In this document: positions 41,001 to 54,568 of the stretch, piece by piece
Layout: the number at the start of each line of letters is the position of its first letter
How positions within the stretch are numbered: position 1 is the first letter of the stretch
Assembly (NCBI GenBank): GCA_025786725.1
Contig: JAHLTZ010000008.1
Coordinates: forward strand, 744,001-808,000
DNA: 64,000 nucleotides
Reading direction: 5' to 3'
From: Syncephalis fuscata S228
Lineage: Eukaryota > Fungi > Zoopagomycota
Notes under the pieces: generated by a model
Told to the model about the DNA's origin: nothing
The model's input: only the letters and a program-made list of their open reading frames with translations
Database searches by the model: none
Program-made: the position numbers and the translations under genes

Positions 41001-43571
41001 ATAAAATATTATCACGTATTGATATATTTTGTAGCCATGCTTGTTGTGCAACATAAGCTATACAGCTACTCAATGTGCCAGTTTCATCTAGAACGCGCTT
41101 TTTACGTGGTAGAAACACTTGGCCGTGAACACATGGCATTTCTAATTTGTAATTATGTAATGCTATTAGTCAATACAAATACATTGATATAAACAATACT
41201 TACCACCTAAAAGCGCCAGTAACAGTGATGTTTTGCCACTACCTGTTGGACCGGCTATAACATTTAGTTGACCCACTTGAAATTCGACATTTATATTCTG
41301 TAATTTAAATCCCGATAAACTACTCGTACTATTGATATCCATAAACAGTGAATCTGGACTGATACTCGACCAACAAAACTCGCCATTAACAATACCGATA
41401 CGATCAGTCTTTCTTTGATGGCCTGAATAGCCAAAACTATCACTACTGGCTGGAACATCGGGTTCGGCAAGAAATTCCTCAATTCGTTTGCCACTTACAC
41501 GACATTGCAACACCCAGAAGAGCATGTCGGGCAATTGTGACATAGCCGATCGTAATGAACTAAATAGCATCATTGTTGTAAAGGCTAGTGATGGAGTAAG
41601 TACGTGATTAAATCCAACGGCATAGGTGCCCAATGAAACACAAGTAACTAGCATAGGACCGCCGTAAACACTAGTGGCTATGTACACAAATAAGATATGT
41701 CGACGCCACAATAGTTGAAGCTCTTTTGATCGTGCTTTAAATACTCTTTTACAGAATTTGTTTTCCCAAGCAAGATATTTAATAATACGCATCGATTGCA
41801 ACATCTAATCAACACTGATTAATCACTACCAGTAAATTATCTACATTCATTGTATACATACCTCACTTATAACCGATAGCCGACGGTCAGTCGCACTATA
41901 CAATACTTCATAGAGACCGGTAAGTCGTGCCATCACCATATTCGATAGTACCAGTAGTAGACCAAAGATAACAAAGCCCACAAGAGTAGCTGGTCCAATC
42001 AAGGCCCAAAGAAATACAACTGTAATGCAGACTTGCAATACACTTCCAATTAGAACATGTAAGTAACTAAGTGCTTCGCCAATATTCTGTACATCAACAT
42101 TTAACAGATTAACAATTGCTCCGGTAGCCCATTCCATAGCATTTTCACTGCTAGATTTCATTGTCTGTTCAGTATACTGTGTATAACTACTATGGGTACT
42201 GGCAGTAGAGGCAATGGTCGGCGGTGTATAGCTAATATTAATCTGTCGAGACAGGCCTTTTTGATATATTTTGTGCGCTAAAATTGCCTTACTGCGCAAC
42301 GATAAATGTAAACCGATCATTGTATTCTGCTGCTGTATATTCGAAGCAATAGATTCACCGAGGAAAAGACCAGCAACACATAGCGATGCATAAAAGTATG
42401 AAAATGATTCTAAAGGCGCTTGGATATGATGCAAGAATAGTTGGAGTGATAGTGGTGTAATGAATACAAAACTACTCCAAAATAATACGTAGAAACATTG
42501 TAGAGTAATTTCTTTACGAAATGTCATTAATAAATTTTGTAATAATGACCGACGACTAAATTACGTAATTCATTTCATTAATACCAATTAAATAATAAAA
42601 GTCTTTTTACTTACTATACATTGTAATATTGATCAAACGCCGTGGCTGAACGATCCTCTGGTGTTAATTCCCACATATCAGCTCGTTAAGAAAGCGTCTA
42701 TTGCCGATCTCCATCAATGGTGTAAGCCAGCCAAATGTTAATGAATCGAGTAAAGTGGCCGATGACTCGAGCGTGGCCATTCGACCTGTCCTAGTGATAC
42801 GAGCTGGATTTCTTATTAATAATATGCCTATAACAGCAATCTGAGCGCCTAACAACATAAATAACATGGGCAAATGCTTTCTATTGGTAAAATGCCATGT
42901 ATCCTGTGCCATTGCCAACCAGCATTAATAGCAAGCTGATATAAGCAATAACTAATAGAACATGCTGATGAACACGTATAAAGGATGTTTCTCTATCCAG
43001 TGTTTGCCATAAAACAATTGTTGATAATATGGCCAGATATATCTAATAACAAATAAGCTATTGTAGATAATACTTTTAGTAACTAAATATTTACCCATAC
43101 TATAGTATCAGTTAGTGATAGCCATAAGTCTTGTATTCCTTCATATTTTATACTTTTCCATATTAATAAAAAACTAGATGATACAGTTAATAGACAGCCT
43201 GCCAATTTCCATATAGCAGCATTTCTATTTCTGCTCTCGATAATAATATTAATTTCAAGCGCATGTTCTATCATTGACGTTGCTTTACTACTGTATAACG
43301 AAGAATGTCGCGTTCGTCGTGTTGCTGCATCATCGTCATGGTTGTCACTGTAATTATTATAATTATTTTCTACTTCTTCTGTAACATCTAACTCGTCGTC
43401 TAGTGCAGCTGGCACGGCTCTTAAATGTTCAATCGATTCAAGGGACTCAGTGGATAGTCGTCGATAGAGACCTTTCTTTGTATCTCCGTGGCAATAGAAC
43501 CAACGGATACATAGTAGTAGTATAGAGATAAATATTGAAACTAATGGAATCAGACTGCTAAGCATCGTCAT
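38096..43571 (-). CDS. ABCC/MRP-family full-length ABC transporter (YBT1/BPT1-like)
   Basis: TMD1; NBD1 ([31 protein letters not shown]); TMD2 ([17 protein letters not shown]); NBD2 ([37 protein letters not shown]). Many introns, apparent frameshifts near 40140 and 42660. Start uncertain; a further exon to ~43727 is possible. Confidence 0.93.
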
Positions 43572-44661
43572 TCTTATATAAATATAAATATACAAGTATA
43601 TAGTATATATATACTACAGCAATTCCTCAACAAAGCTGCTAAGAATGGAATGTGATGACGGCAATTGAATGGTAATAAGCAAGTAAATACAGTAAGTATG
43701 TAGTAAGTACTTTTGTATTATTTTCATATACAGAAACTATTACTATCACTGTTATGACTATTTTAAATGTACGTATAAGCTATGAAAAGAGGAATAAATA
43801 GGCAGGTATACATTAAGTAGTGGATATCTTGTTGCGTCATCAGTTAAGGCGACAATTCATTGAAATATGAAAATGACGATAATAACTGTGCTAATACTTG
43901 CGCTGACGTATACATTTTCAATTAGTCTATTACTATTGCTATAGATAGAATGGCAGTATACAGTCACGTTAACTAGCGAGTATAGTCAGTAATACCAGTT
44001 ATACAGTGTGTTCAATTCAAACGGAGTTTTAAAACCACGCCGCTTTGTGTTAATTCTATTTATTATTACTCTTAAACACACTATAAAATATAGTATAATC
44101 AATTAATTTTAATACTTGGCGTCAACATTCTATTTAAATAAAACTACCAGACACACTGCTACTCTTTGTTTTTAACTTTAACAAGGCCTTGGCATAAATC
44201 GGAGCTACCTTAAAGAACAAAATTATTTCGGCGTTATATTTCGGCGCAAACAGGTTGAATCAATGATTTCTCGGATTTACTTACTGCATGCATATTTATA
44301 TATATAGGAAGAGATAGGGCAAGCAGGCAAACGGACTGGCAGTCATACTTTCATCAGTACACATTCATGTGGCCTATAGCACTCTTACCACTCAGCCACT
44401 CATTCTTATATATTTCTCTTGGTTAATCGATTCTTTCATTTTGATTAGTGCTTTACTCGACTATAAGCAACTACTGCTATTGCCACTCCTCCCTCTTCTT
44501 CTTCTTCTTCGTATTTTCTTCTAAACTTTATTGCTGGTCATTACTGACAAAGCACTGCGTTTTCGTGCTTTTGTCTAGTACGCTGAGCAGCTTACTTTAT
44601 AATTTGATCGAGATTATAGTCTCTGCATAGATTGCCGTTTTATTAACTTGTCTTGCGTGCC

Positions 44662-47361
44662 ATGTCCCAGTCCCTCTCATCGGCAACTGCAGCGTCCGTT
44701 CGGACATCAAAAACTACAACATTCCAGCGATTTGATTATCTAGAACGCTTGCCAACTGAATTGCTGGCAAATCTCTTACAGCTAGCAGGTCCCCGTGCGT
44801 GTGTCCGTGTAGCATGTGCCTCACGCCGTTTATGGCAAATAGGAGCTGCACACCCCGCATTGTGGCGCAATCTATATGTAAACTCGTTTCCACTAGACGA
44901 CAAAGAAATTGAGTGGATAGAATGGTGTAGCGGTATTATAGCGCTAGAAGAAGAAAAAGAAATATCGGCATATGACAATGATACCAGCGATACTTTGTCA
45001 GTTGATTTGCCGACTGCGGATATTCAATCGGGCACAGCATCACCTATTTATGCTCGGACTACGAATGTGGTATCCTCGCCTCCGCCCGTACTACGCGGGC
45101 CACTTGTGCGCTGGTTTTGGCTGTTTCGACGCCGTGTCTACACGGATCGTAATTGGCGACAAGTAAGCTTTGAATTGAATACTTTACAATTTCCGGGTGC
45201 ATTTAGCAAGGCAGCCTGGCGTGAGCTTCATATTTGGAAAAGCTCTTTGTCCAACACCATCTTTTTTCTTGATGCCCACGTGTATAATGGCCATACTACG
45301 GCAAATCGTGCCATCGACACAGCAAATGACGATATAGACAGCAGCCATAATGATATATCCAATATTAATGCGTCAACGCATACTGACATCGATTATTATG
45401 ATAATTTATCTTTCAATGATAATGATAACGAATATTATGACGATTTTTATGACTCTTGCGATTCAGATGAAGATGAGAATGAACATGATTACCGATTGGA
45501 GAGTGGTGAAGACCTACTACTTTCAAACGCTGACAGCACTAATACAGTTATTGGTGGCCAACTATTTATACTTCGACATCAACCAGGTGCTACAGTTCAG
45601 GAGTTAAATTTGGGCCCTGAATATCTACGATTATCGCTACGGCGTGCTCCTATTGTTCGTTCCAATAGTCAATATATTGTTGTAGATGGCGATGCTGTTT
45701 TAAAAAATAGCGAGCTTATTACAACAAAAAACGATTCTATTAATGAAGTGAATGGAAATGAATTTACTTGTTTATCTACAGCGCCCAAATCGCCTATTAA
45801 TCGACCAACAATTCAACGACGTGTTTGGATATGGCGTGTAGGTGAAATGAGCCTATTCTTACTTTGTGTAGTCATACTCCAACAAGAAGACCTTCAATGC
45901 TTACAGTTAATGAACTGATCGACGGCCCTTCATCATCTGCACATATCGAATTGATGTTTGCTGATTTAATGAGTAATTGGCTTTTATGTAGAAGGACAAA
46001 AGGCGTAGCGAATGAACTGAAAACTGATCATATATTATACGATTTATCTCAATACACGGGTAAATCGGCATCTACAGCAGATGAACATATCATTGCGTCT
46101 TTAGCTGAGGATGCAACGGCGGTTCATTTTCAACGAATTTCTCGCAATGCAGCAGCCATCGATAAATACGGCCAAGTAAATAGGACAGGGACACGTAAAA
46201 CGGGCGATTCAACTACAGGTATATTTGTTTACTCGCACAATTACATTAGTGACAATACTGCAACCAGTAAAGCCAATAGTCAAGTGGATAGCAAAGATAA
46301 TGTATCACAACAGTTTAAATCATTAGCATGGCGTGTTGATGCTATTTATCACACGGAAAAGAATACGACAGTTAAATGTGTAGCATCGGGTATTTGCAAA
46401 GACTTACTAACCAATGAAATAACACAAAGTCAACCATTACTCGCCTCGCGTATTGATGATGATCGCGTACTATTCCAGGTACAGTCGCTCATTCTAGATA
46501 CAGTATGGCTGGCTGTACTTTCGTACGTGATGGTGGCAATATACTTTGGCAACAACATGGCAATTTCTATCGTCTTGAATTATACACTGGCTATGGATTC
46601 GTAGCAGTCAACTCGACTATAGACGAAGAAGAAGCCATAGATACACCTAGCACGTCTGCTACCTCTTTAGCTATGCCTATACACGCTATTTCATCTTCAT
46701 CCTCCCCCTCCTCTTCTTCTAACTATGTTAAATCAAATACAACTTACATGGTATCCGATTTAGCTGGTCCTTTTGAAAACTGTTGCGATGACGCTGTTTG
46801 CAGGCGGCTAACTTATGGTAGTGAGTCATTTTATCTGAACAAAATTTAGAATTAATTAATCCGTCCTCAACGACTGCTCATGCACCAATGAACGATGAAG
46901 TACCGGAAATGGCCAGTGTCTCCTCTCGAACTGTCGTATTATCGCCTGATAATGGCAATTCGATAGATGATGGCAAAAAACACGTAGCAGAACACGGCGA
47001 TCTTTCAGACATCAATCAAGAACAGCGACAATCATTTATACAATTACTATGTTTAGCCCATGGCCGTCCACTTCGACAGCCTATGCGTTTTAACGGACTT
47101 TGTCGCGCTACACGGATTATCGGCTCGATTGGTCTTACTACCCCAGCATCCGCGGCAGAATGGTATTTCTGCGTAACAGATATTGCTACGGGCCTTCCCT
47201 TATCACGGTTGGATTTCGTACAACGCGGTCGCAATCCAAAAGGACAAATTTGTTCCACCTATTCGGTTATGGTAGATGAGGATCGTCCGGGCTATTGCTG
47301 GGTTTTCAATTTCAGCGAGTCAAGCTCCAAGCCGATTAGCAACAATAATTTGCCTATTTAA
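44662..47361 (+). CDS. F-box protein with lineage-specific C-terminal region
   Basis: F-box-like LERLPTELLANLLQLAGPRACVRVACASRRLWQI, then LWRNLY..FP..DKEIEW and WFWLFRRRVYTDRNW. Frame breaks near 45870 and 46520, probable intron near 46820. Confidence 0.72.
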
Positions 47362-47632
47362 TTATTCGTATTCGTTTTTAACAGCGTTTGATACTATTTA
47401 ATTTCCATTTTCTTATTACTTGACGAATAACAGTTTATTATCCATTCATTAAAATAAAATAGTTATATGATTATATTAATATTTCAATTGTACATAATAA
47501 CGTCATGGCTATTTAGCTTACAACTGCATTTTCAGTATAAATGAAAAATAAATTGAATACATACTTAATGTAAACAACGTTAGTTTAAATACACATAATG
47601 CATTCAATTAAATTCCAGGCTCAATAAGCAAT

Positions 47633-48917
47633 TTATTTCATGTTAGCAAATCCTAATAAAGCCAAAACATCATTTGGTATCGCACAGCCATAGCTACTAT
47701 CATATAGTTTTTTCATGGCTTTAACAAGAGGATATAATACTTTTGCATATGGTTCATCCATTTTACTAGGATATTGAGGTTTTCTATCATATACGACTCC
47801 ATAACGCTTATCAGGTGAAACCGATAAACCTTTTGCTGTTGCATCAAAAATGCCGCTTATCATTTCAAATGACCCTTGAACTATGTCATCGAATTCATCA
47901 ATAATCACTGCCTCGGTAATTGCAAAATGAATTGTTGTACTAAATAGTGAATTGCCGATGTTGCAATACCGTTTTTGGTCATGTCCATTTATCATATCAA
48001 GGTTTGTATATGGTGCCAATTCTAAAGTTTTTTGGATGCTGCCATAGATAAAACTTACACAGTCGTAATCAATAATGGTTGCCTGAACCATATTGTTTTT
48101 AGCATTAACATACACCATAACATCTACATTAACTAATTAGCATGCTGTTTGTAATCACTATGCAACTTACTTTCATGATCTATATCATAGTGTATAATAC
48201 CAACTCGACGTAAATACAGCATGCCTATATTCAATTATAGCAATTAATGATTTATCGCTCGAATATAAAATACTCACCTTGCGTTACTTGATAAAATATT
48301 TGAGGTAGATACTGAGCTTTCTGTTGCCAGGTTTTATCAATAATGAATTCTTTTAATGTTGCACCAGGAGCACGCGTGTAGATAAAGCAGTTATCTTTTG
48401 TTTCTTTGGGGAAATTAGGATGCGGAACATTAAATCGTTTTAATGGATGCATAATATTGTGTTTTCCTGGTATGTTGTATTTTGGATGATTTATGAGTCT
48501 AATCAATATCTAACTGTCATGTAAGTCAATGGTATTTCTGCTCCAGTAAAATCATTACCTCAAAAGCTTTAGTTTCTTCTATGGCGTCATCACTACTTTC
48601 TACGCATTTAACGAAGGCATTTTTGTTATTCCATTGTGTATAACCAAGGCTTTTTTCAGGAGTTGCATAACTCCATTTGACTGGCCTATCCACCGGCAAT
48701 CCAAGCTTTTCTCAATTTTCTGGATCATTTAAATACTCTTGCCAGCTCCATTAGACAGAATTTTATCTAACAAACACATATTTATGTCAGTACTAATAAT
48801 AACTATAATATGTAGTTTACCATTAGTTTTGCCGCCTATAGCACCACTTATTGGTATGCTGGATAGGGTCACAATTGTACAAGCAGCAGCAATAATAAAA
48901 ACATTAGTCTTGATCAT
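47633..48917 (-). CDS. Secreted protein kinase-like protein (copy 2, inverted paralogue of 36492-37777)
   Basis: Signal peptide MIKTNVFIIAAACTIVTLSSIPISG. Same exon structure; ORF 48252-48506 is identical to 36904-37158 and ORF 47633-48118 differs from 37292-37777 at two residues. Confidence 0.85.
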
Positions 48918-50500
48918 ATTGAAAACTGGATTTTTGCCTATGTATTTTTTTTAAGTAGAATTTGAAGTGTAGAATTGTTTGAAATTTTGAAGATAATTGC
49001 AGATTATTGTAGAATTTATAGTTAGCCGATTGTAACTCAGCTGACATTGATAGAAAGTATGCTGCTTATTAGTATGAAATGCAAAATGACGCACTCTAAG
49101 CATCAATTTTATTTATTTCATTCCACGATGGTTCCTAAATGCAACGTGGCATGATGATTAAACCAGAATGATATATTTCAAAGCATGGCTATTGCCTATT
49201 TTGAATATATATAGTCATTAACATAGTATATGGAAATTCAAAAGGCTTAGCACGTGTAACTTTCGGTACTTTTTAAAAATTTGTTAATCACCATATTTTA
49301 TTGAAGGGAGTTTAGAAAAATAGATTGTTTTTTAATTTATTGTAATAAATTCAATAAATAAAATAGACCGTTTTAAAATTTATTTATTGAAATACACCTT
49401 TTTGAAAATCTATTAAATGTCTACCAAACTAGTTAAAGAAGCTATGTTTAACAGTATCAAAAACTGAGTGTTGTTGTTGACGAGTTTAAGCTTGTTAATG
49501 GTTGCAATTTTAATAGGAAAAATAGTGATTCAAAATTACAATTATCTGTCTTTATAAGATTATTCTAGCAACAAATGTCAGTTTGTTTTGACTGCCAGAA
49601 AGCAAAAAACTAGCTTGTTGTTAAAAATTATTCAATGCAATCTTAAGCATTTTAATGGCTGTCCATATGCTTCTGGTAATGATATTATTAAATTTATTAT
49701 TAAATTATTAAAATACTGCAGTTACATTTTTAGATGTAAAACCAAACTATGTACAAATAAAAGTATTAAGTATGTACATATTTGATTATTTAATATACAC
49801 TAACAATCGTAATAGCTTAATAGGTGTTATTATTTTTTATTACAAAGCTTAGTCTGCCTTTGATACAATAAACAAGAATGACATTTTACTGTTCTATAAT
49901 TCCGGACAGGGTCTTGTGAAAGTGTGACCAAGAGATATACCATGTGATTGGATCACCAGTTAAAGTGCATGTGATTGATTACAAAATAATATACTATCGG
50001 ATATTAGCACCGATTACTAGTAACAAATGCCTATTACGACAATATGACGTGTAGCTACTTGTTAGTTGTAAGCATATGAGCAGTCATCTGAACTAATATG
50101 CTGCGCTAATGATCAAATACTACAAGGCATTCCAGTTCTATTATTAGCTATGTTTACTATATAATAATAGCTTTATTCAATATCAATAAAGAAATAATCA
50201 AGTTTCTAGTCCAACATTATTTCTACTTAGTGTCATACAAGTTATTCAGTTTATTATAGTTAAACTGTGGTAATTAACGACCAATAAGGAATAGTTTTAT
50301 TATAAAAGCAATACAACCAAACAACACATTGTATTCTGAGCGTTAATGTAAGCGTTAATAAGCATCAGAAATTAACGTTATAGGATGGCGACAGGATAAT
50401 GTGTTGCTTGGTCATCTAAGTTGCAATTTTTAAAACTAGAAGCGTAACAATGGTGAAATTTAAAAACGACGTATATTGCTGATTTTTTCTTTATTCAAGC

Positions 50501-51260
50501 AAATTATATAAAAAACAATGATAAATATGTTTAACGGCTAAAGCACCAGGTTGCAGAGTGTGCTAACACCGATGGTATGAGCTGGTGTTAATTTTTGGTG
50601 TTAAAAAGGCGTTTTTAATTAATTAATGTTATCAATAAATGGTGTTGAGTGCGCAATCAAAGTATTATTAAATATTGCTATGTTGCACCCATTTACCCTT
50701 CCACCTATCTTATAATTAAACCATTGGCAATTACCAATTGCCCATGTTTTCTCAAATATGCTGTAGTCATTGGTACGTATTGCCAGCTTTAAGTGACTCT
50801 AGATTTGATTTATAGCTTTACTTTGCCATCTGGCAAACATAGAATAATGGTACCTTTTTCTTATCAGATAATGCCTTGGCGTGTGCCCTGTATATTTGCC
50901 ATATTGCTGACGCCGCAATACTTTGATTTCTAGAATGGATTTGTTCCATACCCACAGTCCATTCAAAACATCCGCCAGCTCTAGCGGTATTGATTGGCAC
51001 GGTGGTGTACAAATCCGGTCCAAAAATTTATCAACCACCCCCAAAAATTCCTAAATGTGTTTACACCCATAAAAGCAGCGTTGTAATGTTTTTGTGTATG
51101 AAAGGCATATTGAACACATTGGTTATTTTGTACTTCATAGCACCAATTGCACAATAGGTTGCCATATACATATATATATGGTTTGTACCATTGTTTGTAA
51201 GTTTGTCTTCAATAGTCATAGTTGATACAAAGCCACGTCTTCATTTAATGGTTCTAATTG
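50501..51260 (-). mobile_element. Non-LTR retrotransposon (L1-like) 3' fragment, ORF2 C-terminus
   Basis: Decayed zf-RVT-type finger MCSICLSYTKTLQRCFYGCKHI*EF, followed by ASAIWQIYRAH and FEKTWAIG, with stops and frameshifts. Confidence 0.7.
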
Positions 51261-51694
51261 CTGATAGTAACAACTAGGCCCATTTTTACTGTCAGTAAAG
51301 ACCAGCGACCCTAATAGAAGCAGCATGTTTCAAATAGCAGCTATAGTTATGTATCAAATTACGTGCAATGACAAGGAGATAAAAGGCGAACAAGCAATAC
51401 CTCACCAGGTAGAATAGACACCTAAGGCGGACCTCAATAAAGCGCTGCTTGTCTAGTCATTATTACATTTTATATCAAGATAGCTAAACAACCATGCTAT
51501 TTGCTAATATTCATCTGATTCATATGACAGTAATTAATATTAAGCATCAATTTTTATTCATGCTAATTTAATTTTAAAATAGACATAATGGGTTGGCTAA
51601 GCCATATACAAACATCATAGTACTTAACTTGTGACACTGTTTTGTGTATTTATAGCATCGCAGCACAATGTATTGGACATTAAATAGGTAAATA

Positions 51695-51875
51695 AGCACT
51701 ACAAAGACATGCACTACGTGTGGTTATTATTGATTCTTTTTTAGAAAGCAGCAATAGAATGATTTGACAACTTGTATTGAACGTTAAATAGATAAACGAG
51801 CACTGTAAAGACGCGCACTGCATGTGGTTTATTATTGGCTATTCTTTAAAAACAGCAATAAAATGATTTGACAAC
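51695..51875. repeat. Diverged tandem duplication, period ~105 bp
   Basis: agcactacaaagacatgcactacgtgtggttattattg..agcagcaatagaatgatttgacaac recurs as agcactgtaaagacgcgcactgcatgtggtttattattg..aacagcaataaaatgatttgacaac. Confidence 0.75.
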
Positions 51876-52265
51876 CGAACTGTTTACTAAATACTATGGA
51901 GTAAAAATAATATATTGCAAACAATAGATTTTAAATATACAAATATAATAAGTGGCACCATTTGATGTTTATACCTGTTAGGTAGCTAATGGCATTTGTA
52001 ACATTCTGCGGTAATATACCTGCAAAGTCTGCTGTCTATCAATCTTCCTAACCTGTTCTTTACAATAAATACTTGTGTACGGTGCATACTCCGTTTGATT
52101 GGAATGTATCAAGTTGCCTATAAAATGGCATCTCATTAGCACAGGATCTCGTTTACAACATTCCACTTGAACAGTCTTTACCAGCCTCTCACTTTTCTAT
52201 ACTCTTACTTTCTGCTTTAAGCACGCCTGATTTTTGTCAACACAACCACCTATACATTTAACAAC

Positions 52266-52757
52266 ATGTTGCACTACTCAAAGATATTGGCCATTGCCAC
52301 CGTTTTAGCCGTTGTTCCATGGGTCAGTGCTGGTAAGTAGTTCTGATTTTATGTTACATTCTACTTACTTGTCAATCTAGATATTGTTGAAATTAACTCA
52401 CCGGCACAATATAGCAGCCAATGTATCGGCAAGCCAATAAAAATTGCATACGATGTCTTATATAGAGATATGGCCATAATGACATCAGTTAAAGTCAACT
52501 TTGTTTCAGTAAACGGTAAAACTCGCTTCCTTAACATAGCCAACAGTAAACGACCATCAGGCGCTGGATCATGGAAATATAGCAAGAGCTGGCCTACATC
52601 CGCAAACCTTACTCCTGGCGACTACAAAATTGAATTCAATGGTAAAGCTGTCATAAGAAAAATACCAAGTCCAGGCGAGAAATATACCGATATTAATAGC
52701 GAGGAATATACCGATATTAATAGCGAGCAATTAATCAAACTGGTTAAATGTCACTAA
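52266..52757 (+). CDS. Small secreted protein (~147 aa), predicted beta-rich
   Basis: Signal peptide MLHYSKILAIATVLAVVPWVSA, intron 52333-52380, mature DIVEINSPAQYSSQCIGKPIKIAYDV...LTPGDYKIEFNG...LVKCH. Two Cys; 24-bp internal tandem duplication (xYTDINSE x2). Confidence 0.8.
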
Positions 52758-52990
52758 TATTAAATGCTGTATTGAAACATTAGCATTAGTATTTTCAAGC
52801 TTTATTTGCGTAATAAATTGCTCTATTAATGACAGACAACTTAATATAATCAAATACGTTATAAATTTTTATAATTATACAGTGTATACTTGCTGATACA
52901 AATGCTGTATTATAAACAATTTACAAACAACGACATGGCGCGGTCATGTATTTTTTTAAAATAGTGTCAATTGCCATATTTTATTTAGAT

Positions 52991-53460
52991 AAAATTTATA
53001 AAAACAATTTAAATATGGTTAACGGCTAAGCACCAGGTTGCAGAGTGTGCTAACACCGATGGTATAGCTGGTGTTAATTTTTGGTGTTAAAAAGGCGTTT
53101 TTAATTAATTAATGTTATCAATAAATGGTGTTGAGTGCGCAATCAAAGTATTATTAAATATTGCTATGCTGCATCCATTTACCCTTCCGCCTATCTTATA
53201 ATTAAACCATTGGCAATTACCAATTGCCCATGTTTTCTCAAATATGCTGTAGTCATTGGTACGTATTGCCAGCTTTAAGTGACTCTAGATTTGATTTATA
53301 GCTTTACTTTGCCATCTGGCAAACATAGGAATAAATGGTACCTTTTTCTTATCAAATAATGCCTTGGCGTGTGCCCTGTATATTTGCCATATTGCTGACG
53401 CCGCAATACTTTGATTTCTAGAATGAATTTGTTCCATGCCCACAGTCCATTCAAAACATT
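52991..53460 (-). mobile_element. Second, more 5'-truncated copy of the L1-like 3' fragment
   Basis: Near-identical direct repeat of ~50501-50970 (aacggctaagcaccaggttgcagagtgtgctaacacc ... cacagtccattcaaaacat). Confidence 0.8.
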
Positions 53461-53822
53461 TGCCCGTGTAAATTTCGGTATTATTTACTCTGAGTTTAAG
53501 TATTTACTAAATACGGCTTAACATAAAAATCCCATAAATTAGCACGTTAGAACATCAATATTCCAATGCACCTTCCAAAAATCATAACAACTGTTTTATT
53601 ACTGTAATTTCTATTCGTTTTACAGCTGTATTTATAGTATAACCAGCAAATAAATAGACTAGTATTAAGCGTTACATCCAATTCATATTGGATTATATCT
53701 TTGGTAATAATTGTATTGGAAGATAATAATTTTAAAAGTTACTATTTATAGCTTATAATTAAATTACAAATTATACATTTATATTAAACATAGAGCTAGT
53801 TATACCTTCAATTATATACTAC

Positions 53823-54486
53823 TGTTACTAATTTACCTGTATAACTATGGTGTAAATTGCGCTATTTACTAAATGTGGTAAATAACTTAATTAGCAATAA
53901 TTACATCACGTGATTGTTCCCATTTCTGGTAATCGTCAGGGTCCTTACAAAGATAGTCGTGCTTTCAGCCAAGATACGACGATCATACTATTATAATTGC
54001 TTCTAATTCGTAGCAGGAAACACAGCGCCTATAAATATTTGCGATCCACGGCCCCATATTACTTATTAAAGTAACACTGGCCCCATATCGCTTGAAGAAG
54101 AAATTGAACAGACAAGCCGTTCAAGTTCTTCCTTCGCAGTATTCAAGACCATTTACTATAAAATGGCAACTATGTTTCTTAATCTTAATAAACATTATCT
54201 TATCTTGGTTTAAATTCTTTTTTATTTTATTTGAATTTTGAACCTTTTGATCATTTCAGTCTTGCAGTGATTGCTAGACTGAACTGATCTTTTTATCTGA
54301 GTTAACAATATTCTAGTCATTTATTCTACTTCTGTGGAAATTATTAATTAAAGGTTAATAATCTTTATTAATAAAAACAATTAAGTAAGTCTTATATAAC
54401 ACTAATTACTAACATTATAGGTCACTCAAGACCAAGCATAATATTAGTAATCTGTTTATTATTCTACTCTTAGTGGAATAGTAACA
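53823..54486 (+). repeat. 5' LTR
   Basis: TG...CA ends, TATAAAT at ~54030, AATAAA at ~54188. No difference from the 3' LTR seen by eye. Confidence 0.95.
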
Positions 54487-54488
54487 TT

Positions 54489-54506
54489 TGGCGAGCACAC
54501 CAGGAC
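54489..54506 (+). promoter_or_regulatory. Primer-binding site complementary to a tRNA 3' end (Arg-like)
   Basis: TGGCGAGCACACCAGGAC begins 2 nt after the LTR. Its complement GUCCUGGUGUGCUCG-CCA resembles tRNA-Arg(ACG) 3' ends. Confidence 0.75.
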
Positions 54507-54568
54507 CTGGTAAAACAGGTCCACCGGCCCCGAAAGATCTCCTGTGCAAATAAATAAAGCATTATGCT

